Part shown: piece by piece, positions 6,381 to 13,732 of the stretch | How positions within the stretch are numbered: position 1 is the stretch's first letter | How the letters are laid out: the number at the start of each line of letters is the position of its first letter | NCBI GenBank assembly: GCA_038046345.1 | Contig: JBBSWJ010000003.1 | Coordinates: 1-27,741, forward strand | Source of the DNA: Nanobdellota archaeon | Lineage (GTDB): Archaea; Nanobdellota; Nanobdellia; SCGC-AAA011-G17; JACPNG01 | Direction: 5' to 3' | Length of the DNA: 27,741 nucleotides | The notes under the pieces: generated by a model | Seen by the model: the letters and a program-made list of their open reading frames with translations, nothing else | What the model was told of the DNA's origin: nothing | The model's database searches: none | Program-made: the position numbers and the translations under genes

Positions 6381-8879
6381 TTAACCACCAATATCTTTTT
6401 TGAATCTTAGTATTGTTTTAATAATATTTTCTGGTTGCGTTTTTAATAGTTTACTAATCTTATCCAAGACATCCCCATCATAAACAGCTGTACTTTTTAG
6501 TAATGTGTCAACATCTTTTTTCTTCTTTGTAACTTTCTTCCATAAATCAAATAATTCTTCTACTCTTCCAGGTAACTGTTGTATCTTGCAGTCTAGTAAT
6601 CTTGCTGCTTCATCAATAATCTCTTGTTCTTTACTTGTTTCTCCAACTGCTGCTTCCCCAGCTTTATATTCTAACCTTACGACTGAGTCGGATATTTTAC
6701 TTGATCTTACAATCTTTAATGGTTTTGCTTCTATTGTTGTATCCAAGTGCGTTCCACCACAACATTCCACGTCTACACCTATTATGTTTACTATCCTCAA
6801 TTTTTTACCAGGCACAGCCCCGCCCTGATATATGCCCATACCAAAACGATCTTCTGCCTCTCTTCTATCCATAAAACTTTTTTCTATTTTTATTTTTGCA
6901 TCAATAATCCTGTTTGCTTCCTTTTCTATTGCCTTTACTTCTTCTTGCGTTAAATTTTTGTAATGAGTTATATCTAAATGCCCTTTTTCAACGGTTTTTT
7001 TTGCTCCTGCCTGATTAATGTGATTCCCAAGAACTATTCTTGCTGCTGCATTAAGTATGTGCGCTCCAGTATGGTGCTTTGCTAACTGTGATCTTCTATT
7101 AGCATTAATCTTCCCGGTTATTTCATTCCCTTCCTTTAAACTTGGTTCCTTCCATAACTCATGTATAATAACTGCCCCCTGCTTAAACACATTTACAACA
7201 TTCTCTCCGTTGATTGTTCCTATATCATTTATCTGCCCACCAGACGTAGGATAAAAATAAGTTTTATCCAAAGCAAGATATTTTCCAACAATTTTTACAA
7301 TTCTAGATTTAAACTCTGTTTTTTTATAATCATCATAGTAACCTATCTCAGTATCTTTAACACCTTCAAATCCATCAATCTCCTCCGCCCTTGAATGTAT
7401 AAGCTCTTTTTTTTCATGTAATGCTGATACTTTTGAATAGAAATCATCCGGAATATATACTTTTTTTCCTAATCTTTCTGCTTCATCACGTATTAACTCT
7501 GGTGGTATCCCTTGATTATCATACAGGCTTAATAATCTTTTATCACTAATGTCCTCATTGATTATCCTTTTAATTATTGCTTTTGATTTTAGTTTTGTGT
7601 TTTCATATTTTTCTTTTTCAACGTCAAGTATGCTAGATATCTCCTTTAAGTTTTCTGATAGTTCTGGAAATATTGGTTTTAAATAATCTGCATGCCAACT
7701 AGCTATATCTTGAAGTGAAACATCCCACTTATACTTGTCAATAAATCCAAACACACGTCTTGCTAAAATTCTTAAATTATAACCACCCCCACTATTACTT
7801 GGTAATGCTCCATCATTTAACACGACAAGCAATGATCTTGCATGTTCTGCTATTGAATAAACCCCAGATAACTGCAGTATTTCTGTTCTTAACTGATTAA
7901 CATCTACTCCAATCTTTTTAGCTACATTCTCCCATGATTTATCAATATTTTGTGTTTCATCACAATTTAACTGCCCAGCATGAGGCACGTACTTTTTTAA
8001 TAATTTTAAGTCTAGATCAACTCCAATTGCTGACTTTAATTTTGATAGTACAGAAGGAAATGTTGCATCATATTGTGTTAATGTACCTTGGCTGAACCAC
8101 GCATTCCTTTCCATTCCCATGCCCATGTCCAACACTTTTATTTTTAGATCCTTTTTTCCTGCTTGTGTTTGTTCATACAGCATGTAAACCTGATTACCTA
8201 ACTCATTTCCTCTAGAAAAAAATTCCATGCAACATCCAAAGTTTCCACCACCAGCCCAAGCATCCTCATGGAATGTCAATTCACTATTTGGAAGCCCAAG
8301 TCCTTCTTTTAACCAAAGGTGAATGTGCCTAAATGCTTCATTCTGATCCCACTCTTCTGGCTGCACAAACATATGCTGGCCTATCATCACAAAACCGGTG
8401 TTATGACTCATTGTAACACCAACATTGTCTATATCACTGAATCTCATACAAAACTGAGGGATTACTAATTTGTTTGCTGGAGGCTGTATCTCCCCGCTTA
8501 TTACATATGGCTGAAAGGCAGCTATACTTGCATTAGTATACTCCATTGTTGGATTCCATCTAGCTACTACAGGATATCTCCTAATTGGAGTGTACCCAAA
8601 TTTTTTGAACATTTTTGAAAACTCTTTCCAAATATCTAAATAGCTTAATTGGTTTTTTGCTGGGCTTTTACCTATGAATGAGAAGCTTATTTCTTTATTA
8701 CATCCTGGATCACCACATAATATTTTGTTTGAGTCTGTTGACCAAAATGGTTTTTTGCAATTAGTGCATATTCTCCTGCAAAAACCTTCTTCTTTTAGAA
8801 CCTCTGTTGCATAATACTTTTCTGGATTCTTCCAAAATATTGGTCTAGACTGCTCTTTTATTTGCTTATCAGTTAGCAT
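6381..8879 (-). CDS. alaS: Alanine--tRNA ligase, archaeal type, short C-terminus
   Basis: Archaeal N-terminal Cys cluster CTNC..FW..CGDPGC; PVVARW..YTNASIAAFQP; GMGMER; YPTSGGQIND; editing motifs HHTGAH and CCGGTH. Confidence 0.97.
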   Translation of the reverse strand: MLTDKQIKEQSRPIFWKNPEKYYATEVLKEEGFCRRICTNCKKPFWSTDSNKILCGDPGCNKEISFSFIGKSPAKNQLSYLDIWKEFSKMFKKFGYTPIRRYPVVARWNPTMEYTNASIAAFQPYVISGEIQPPANKLVIPQFCMRFSDIDNVGVTMSHNTGFVMIGQHMFVQPEEWDQNEAFRHIHLWLKEGLGLPNSELTFHEDAWAGGGNFGCCMEFFSRGNELGNQVYMLYEQTQAGKKDLKIKVLDMGMGMERNAWFSQGTLTQYDATFPSVLSKLKSAIGVDLDLKLLKKYVPHAGQLNCDETQNIDKSWENVAKKIGVDVNQLRTEILQLSGVYSIAEHARSLLVVLNDGALPSNSGGGYNLRILARRVFGFIDKYKWDVSLQDIASWHADYLKPIFPELSENLKEISSILDVEKEKYENTKLKSKAIIKRIINEDISDKRLLSLYDNQGIPPELIRDEAERLGKKVYIPDDFYSKVSALHEKKELIHSRAEEIDGFEGVKDTEIGYYDDYKKTEFKSRIVKIVGKYLALDKTYFYPTSGGQINDIGTINGENVVNVFKQGAVIIHELWKEPSLKEGNEITGKINANRRSQLAKHHTGAHILNAAARIVLGNHINQAGAKKTVEKGHLDITHYKNLTQEEVKAIEKEANRIIDAKIKIEKSFMDRREAEDRFGMGIYQGGAVPGKKLRIVNIIGVDVECCGGTHLDTTIEAKPLKIVRSSKISDSVVRLEYKAGEAAVGETSKEQEIIDEAARLLDCKIQQLPGRVEELFDLWKKVTKKKKDVDTLLKSTAVYDGDVLDKISKLLKTQPENIIKTILRFKKDIGG

Positions 8880-8922
8880 ATTTGAGAATCATTATAAATA
8901 TTATTAAATGTTTTGGTGCCAT

Positions 8923-9261
8923 TCATAAATTTTCTATTTGTTTTCTTAGCTCATCTATCTCTTTTTCAATCACACTTGTTTCTTCTACCTTGGGCGGTTT
9001 TGGAATCTCTACTCTTTCTTCTTGCGGTTCTTCAATGTTTTGTGCTTCATATTCGGGCAACATTTTTATTAAACCATCAACATTTCTTTTCATAGAACTA
9101 ACCTGATTCTTAAGCTTACTTACCTGAATGCTACTTCTTGCACGTAATTTTAAAATGTTTTCATGGTCTTTTATCAGCTCAAGTAATTCTACATGTATCT
9201 TAAGAATGTCTTTTCTTTTTTGCTGGTAATCTTCTAACCTAAAATGTAATGATTCTTTCAT
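8923..9261 (-). CDS. Hypothetical coiled-coil protein (domain at N-terminus)
   Basis: 112-aa ORF with heptad pattern; ATGA overlap with upstream gene. Confidence 0.75.
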   Translation of the reverse strand: MKESLHFRLEDYQQKRKDILKIHVELLELIKDHENILKLRARSSIQVSKLKNQVSSMKRNVDGLIKMLPEYEAQNIEEPQEERVEIPKPPKVEETSVIEKEIDELRKQIENL

Positions 9262-9788
9262 TGCCCGAATAATGCTCTATCAACTAACTTTAATTTTGTT
9301 TTAATTCCATCAAGGTCTTGTTTCCATTGTTCTAATTCTTTTGATTCCTGAGATCTTAACTCATCTATCTTGCCAAGTGATTCTTCTGCCTTTTTTAGTT
9401 GTTGAGTGATAACCTCTATTTTTGCTGTTGCATCTTCGTATTGCTCAACTCTAACAAAAATTGTCTTACCCTGCTTGATTGTTTCATGCGCATATCCAAC
9501 TGGTTTGTAATGTTCTTCAGCTGGTTTTACAGGACTAAACTCTTCAGATTTATTATAATACTCCGGTTTAGAATACTGTTCATGCACGAATTGCGCTGTT
9601 TCTTGCTTAGGTAATGGCCTAAAGCTTTTTTCTTTATTGATAGCTGGTATTATTTTAGGCGGCGGAGAAATCGCATTTTTTATGTCTTCCCCGTCTTCAT
9701 TATCTGAAAGCTGTGAATGAAACACCGGAAACGCTAACTCTGCACTTTTTTTCTCTTCTTTTTTTTCTTTTTTAGAAAACCAGCTCAT
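9258..9788 (-). CDS. Hypothetical protein with low-complexity N-terminus and C-terminal coiled coil
   Basis: 176-aa ORF; GGAGGGG SD upstream (9791-9797); P/E/K-rich linker followed by IFVRVEQY and a long helix. Confidence 0.8.
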   Translation of the reverse strand: MSWFSKKEKKEEKKSAELAFPVFHSQLSDNEDGEDIKNAISPPPKIIPAINKEKSFRPLPKQETAQFVHEQYSKPEYYNKSEEFSPVKPAEEHYKPVGYAHETIKQGKTIFVRVEQYEDATAKIEVITQQLKKAEESLGKIDELRSQESKELEQWKQDLDGIKTKLKLVDRALFGQ

Positions 9789-9902
9789 GTCCCCTCCTTT
9801 TATTTGTATATGGATATTTTATTATTAAACCTTTCGTTTTGTAGAAGTTTGTATAAGCTATTATTACACATAATAAGGTTATTAAAACACATCCTTGCTT
9901 AC

Positions 9903-9917
9903 AAAAAAGTATATATA
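9903..9917 (+). promoter_or_regulatory. BRE-TATA promoter of tfe
   Basis: aaaaaagtatatata upstream of ATG 9960. Confidence 0.65.
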
Positions 9918-9959
9918 GCACTGGTTATTAATAACTGGTTAAACAGTAATTACAAGCAA

Positions 9960-10604
9960 ATGAAGATTGATCTAGAAAAAATAGAATCCTTAATCGGTGA
10001 TTTCGCTGGAAAGGATGTTATCCCCTTAGTTCGTATTCTAAGAAAGAGAAAAAATGTTTCAGAATTTAAGTTAGCAGAACGTATGAAGCTTGGAGTAAAC
10101 CAGGTAAGAAATATGCTCTACAGAATGAATGAATATAATCTTGTTTCTTCCACAAGAAAAAAAGACAAGAAAAAAGGATGGTATATCTATTACTGGACTT
10201 TCGATGATCATGAATCAGCTTTATTGTTGCAACATCACAAAAAGAAAACCCTTGAATCACTTCATAAAAAATTAAAAGACGAATCAGATACACAATTTTA
10301 TCTTTGCAAAACTGATAAACTTAGACTACATGCAGCTGAAGCATTAGAAAATAGTTTTAGATGCCCAGAATGTAATTGCCTGCTAGAAATTGAAGACAAA
10401 CAAAAAGTATTGAACGCACTTAAACGTAATATTGAGTTACTAGAATCTGAGGTTACTGAATTTGAAAAATTAAGCGAAGCTGAAACTAAAAAATTCGCTG
10501 AAAAAAATAAAAAAACTATTACTAAGAAAAAAGCTAAAGTAACTGCTGAGAAAAAAACCGCTAAAAAAAATACTTCCCCTAAGAAAGCATTAACTAAGCA
10601 CTAA
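9960..10604 (+). CDS. tfe: Transcription initiation factor E alpha (TFE)
   Basis: Winged helix VSEFKLAERMKLGVNQVRNMLYRM..RKKDKKKGWYIYYW; Zn-ribbon EALENSFRCPEC. Start reassigned to ATG 9960 because AAAAAG-TATATATA at 9903-9917 lies inside the longer ORF. Confidence 0.93.
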   Translation: MKIDLEKIESLIGDFAGKDVIPLVRILRKRKNVSEFKLAERMKLGVNQVRNMLYRMNEYNLVSSTRKKDKKKGWYIYYWTFDDHESALLLQHHKKKTLESLHKKLKDESDTQFYLCKTDKLRLHAAEALENSFRCPECNCLLEIEDKQKVLNALKRNIELLESEVTEFEKLSEAETKKFAEKNKKTITKKKAKVTAEKKTAKKNTSPKKALTKH

Positions 10605-11145
10605 GCAGACCATCCAGCACATGCCAACCATCAAATGGAGGTAACGGGATAAGATTGAACACGAATAATACTCCGTTTATCCTTTTTGTTAATATCACTA
10701 CATGCATAACCTTGGTAGATAACCGTTTATGACTTTTATTGAGAATATACCAAGCTATAAGCCACAACCCACCGTTCATAAGTGGACCAACAAATGCTAT
10801 TAATGCTGATTTCAATGGATCAACACCGCCGGGCATGGACACAAACCCTGGAACAAATATAATTAGCGGAGAAGAAACAAGCTTTAGCACTACTCCCAGC
10901 CCAAGACCAATTGTACTTATAAAAAATTCTGCCTGCAGTCCATAATAAAGAGCTACAAACTTATGCGCCATCTCATGCAATATTATTCCCGGTGCTGCTG
11001 CATAAATCCCTGTTTTTATGCTATCAAAATCAAAACGCTTTCTAGTTTTTAGTGGATCACTAAGGTTTGTAACATTTGAAAATATGTAACCTATAGCTAC
11101 CGTCATAACCGCCAGGCGAATTATTTCTGCTATTGAGATAATCAT
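10594..11145 (-). CDS. Site-2 protease, peptidase M50 family
   Basis: ILHEMAHK (HExxH), AFVGPLMN and NLIPLPPFDG motifs; multiple TM segments. Confidence 0.93.
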   Translation of the reverse strand: MIISIAEIIRLAVMTVAIGYIFSNVTNLSDPLKTRKRFDFDSIKTGIYAAAPGIILHEMAHKFVALYYGLQAEFFISTIGLGLGVVLKLVSSPLIIFVPGFVSMPGGVDPLKSALIAFVGPLMNGGLWLIAWYILNKSHKRLSTKVMHVVILTKRINGVLFVFNLIPLPPFDGWHVLDGLLSA

Positions 11146-11261
11146 GATGCTATGTAAACTTTTCTCTTACTTTCTGGTATACCTTCAAGATCTTCTATGT
11201 CAAAATCATCATGCTCTACCATTAAATCTTCAAATCTTGGTAAATGTTTAGGTAGTTTCAT
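11142..11261 (-). CDS. 39-aa acidic small protein, not in the ORF track
   Basis: MKLPKHLPRFEDLMVEHDDFDIEDLEGIPESKRKVYIAS; its TGA overlaps the M50 ATG; AAAG-TATTTAAAG promoter at 11283-11295. Confidence 0.7.
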   Translation of the reverse strand: MKLPKHLPRFEDLMVEHDDFDIEDLEGIPESKRKVYIAS

Positions 11262-11309
11262 CGTAGTTTGTTTAAGATTTAACTTTAAATACTTTATGGT
11301 AGTTCAGCA

Positions 11310-11627
11310 CTATTGTTTAGTAAACGAATTCTTTACACATTCTCCACTCACACACTTTACATCATTTGTAGGATCAAAATTATAATTATCAACGCATGAG
11401 ATACAATTTATATTGTCTGGTTTTTCTGGGCATCCAGGATCCCAATTTGTTGGCACTGCTATTACTCTCTGATCTTCCAGACTGAATGTTTCACAATATG
11501 GACAATACCTACAGCTTCCATCATACACCACCAATTGGCAATCAGAATCTTGCTCACATTGCAAGTTTTGTTTTGTACAACCAGCTGTTATTATTAATAA
11601 AATGATAAGAATGATATATCGATGCAT
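11310..11627 (-). CDS. Small Cys-rich putative lipoprotein
   Basis: Hydrophobic leader with ITAG|C lipobox; CEQDSDC, CRYCPYC, CP, CISC, CVSGEC. Confidence 0.75.
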   Translation of the reverse strand: MHRYIILIILLIITAGCTKQNLQCEQDSDCQLVVYDGSCRYCPYCETFSLEDQRVIAVPTNWDPGCPEKPDNINCISCVDNYNFDPTNDVKCVSGECVKNSFTKQ

Positions 11628-11628
11628 A

Positions 11629-12795
11629 TTAATACTCCGCCAAAGTTTTTTGTGATTTTATATCTTTTAATAACTTACTTCTCTCTTTGAATAATGTTAT
11701 TGGTAAAGCAAGACCTTCCTGCGCTTTTTTAAACGCATCATCTTGAGAAATACATTTTTCTGGATTCATGGACAACGCATTTCTTGTTAATTCCCGTAAC
11801 ACCCACACCCCGCATGGAGTGTCATATCCTTTTATTTGTCTCATTATTAGTACTGATGCTTGTCTTTTTCTTTTTATTAAATGTTCTGCTACTGCAACTC
11901 TTGCAGCATAATAACCACCCACTACACTTGACGCATAGGTTGTTCTCCCTTCATGGCTTTCGTAATCTTGCCAGAATTGGATTTTTGAATATTCTTGATT
12001 GTACTTTGCTTCTATAACCTCAAAACTCCATTGTCTTGGTAACAATATAATCCTATAATCATTACCAAGGTAAGCATCATGGTATAATTCTATGTTATTA
12101 ATCCATGGAAAATATTTGAGCTGCTCAATCATGCTCTCAGATATGATATTATCTGTTGCAGTTATGGCCCATTTGGTTGGTACTAATCTTCTTTGCGTGG
12201 CTATCCCTAATGTTCCTGCGCTTAATAGTTTTATAATGTTTGTAACTGGAAGTTTATGCTGATACAAATCGATGATACTATCTCCTGCCTTTAAGTGATG
12301 ATCTCCAACTATGTATTCTACTCTCTTGGTTATACTTGGGTTAGACTCCAACTTCGCTGTTCTTAATTTCGCCGGGTTAAATACTGGGGCATGCATATTA
12401 TCAAGTTTTAGATTTATTGTTGGTTTTTTTATAAGATCAAAATTTATATCAGTTGATTTATTCGCCATGCTTACTTCCTGCATTAAACTAATTAACTTTC
12501 CATTTTGTGATTTTACCTGCTGTACAAACCTTGGATAAATCATCCTGCCTCTTTCAATGAGGATTTCATATACACTTAATCTTTTCTGAAACCACTGCTC
12601 TGGGCTATCAAAGACTTCTTCATTACTTGTTTTTATTGGCGCAAGAATCCCAGCAAACACATTAGGATAATTATACTCACCTACAAACACATCAGGCGGG
12701 CTTGATCCTGTAAAATTTGTCCCAACTTTTTTAAGAATATCAATCTGTATATTCTTTAAAGCTCTAAAAGAGTTAGGATCATGGATTGGTTTCAT
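11629..12795 (-). CDS. nreA: Archaeal Nre family DNA repair protein with C-terminal PIP box
   Basis: GSSPPDVFVGEYNYP, RRLVPTKWAITATD, GGYYAARVAVAEHL and GVWVLRE motifs; terminal QKTLAEY PCNA-interacting motif. Confidence 0.9.
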   Translation of the reverse strand: MKPIHDPNSFRALKNIQIDILKKVGTNFTGSSPPDVFVGEYNYPNVFAGILAPIKTSNEEVFDSPEQWFQKRLSVYEILIERGRMIYPRFVQQVKSQNGKLISLMQEVSMANKSTDINFDLIKKPTINLKLDNMHAPVFNPAKLRTAKLESNPSITKRVEYIVGDHHLKAGDSIIDLYQHKLPVTNIIKLLSAGTLGIATQRRLVPTKWAITATDNIISESMIEQLKYFPWINNIELYHDAYLGNDYRIILLPRQWSFEVIEAKYNQEYSKIQFWQDYESHEGRTTYASSVVGGYYAARVAVAEHLIKRKRQASVLIMRQIKGYDTPCGVWVLRELTRNALSMNPEKCISQDDAFKKAQEGLALPITLFKERSKLLKDIKSQKTLAEY

Positions 12796-12857
12796 AATTG
12801 TTTGTTATTTTTTAGAAATAAAAAGATGTTGATAATGTTATGATTCTTGTTTAAGAA

Positions 12858-13072
12858 TTAATCACTATAATCTTCTGGTTTAGACTGTAATTGTAATGCT
12901 TTGTATCTTAGCGTGATAGCATAATTGCCATTACCATAATGCTCTTCAAGAACTTCTGCAAACCTATAGTATAGTATAATCCTGCAGCCTTGTCATATTC
13001 CCCCACCGCAGTCAGTTCTAAAGCTAAACTATTAGCTAAGCTTACAAGGTCTTCACCTAATGCGTCTCCCAT
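12858..13072 (-). pseudogene. Small TPR-like gene frameshifted by a 5-bp tandem duplication
   Basis: AGGAGT SD then ATG at 13072. Removing one 5-bp unit at 12965-12978 restores a 69-aa ORF: MGDALGEDLVSLANSLALELTAVGEYDKAAGLYYRFAEVLEEHYGNGNYAITLRYKALQLQSKPEDYSD. Confidence 0.65.
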
Positions 13073-13168
13073 ATGAATACTCCTTGTTGTTTTAATAAAC
13101 CTATATTATTTAAGGATTATTGTTATCTATCACAAACCTTTAAAAACTTATACTGATCTTCTGAGTTT

Positions 13169-13732
13169 ATGATAAACAAACGTGACTTTTTAAGAATTCA
13201 AAAAGATTTAACCTTATTCGATGAAGCTCGTGAACGCCAAATCTCTATTGCTCGTAAGGTTATTCAGCTGTCAAAATTAGTTATTTATAGCTTACAAAGA
13301 GATGACGTAACTGCTGCTAAAAAACATGTTTCTGAAATGCAAAAACATGTTAAAAAACTTTCAAAAGATTCGTTAAATGAAGGAATTACAAGAGTAGCGC
13401 ACCAGGAATTTGTTGAAGCTATGACTTACTTTTCTTTTATAACAAAAGGAATAATTCCATCTCAGAATAGTCTGAAAGTGAGCACAGAAGATTACTTAGC
13501 TGGATTGTGCGACTTAACTGGTGAGCTAGGCAGAGGCGCAGTTCAATGCATATTAAAAGGCAATAGTAAAGGCGCAGTTAAAATTCGTGATCTAGTTGAT
13601 GAATTATATGGAGAATTTCTTAAGTTTAACCTCCCTAATGGAGACTTAAGAAAAAAAGCTGATGCTATCAAATGGAATCTTAAAAAACTTGACGAAATAG
13701 TACTTGAAATAAAATTAAAAGATGGACACTAA
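13169..13732 (+). CDS. Translin/TRAX family (archaeal C3PO-like) RNA-binding endonuclease
   Basis: REREQI-like N-terminal helix (DEARERQISIAR), QEFVEA and EDYLAGLCDLTGELGR motifs, LRKKAD near the C-terminus. Confidence 0.88.
   Translation: MINKRDFLRIQKDLTLFDEARERQISIARKVIQLSKLVIYSLQRDDVTAAKKHVSEMQKHVKKLSKDSLNEGITRVAHQEFVEAMTYFSFITKGIIPSQNSLKVSTEDYLAGLCDLTGELGRGAVQCILKGNSKGAVKIRDLVDELYGEFLKFNLPNGDLRKKADAIKWNLKKLDEIVLEIKLKDGH

Noticed and set aside
9804-9959. 52-aa N-terminal extension of the tfe ORF in the track
   Set aside because: Covers the divergent promoter region including a clear BRE-TATA; TFE homology begins near the ATG at 9960.
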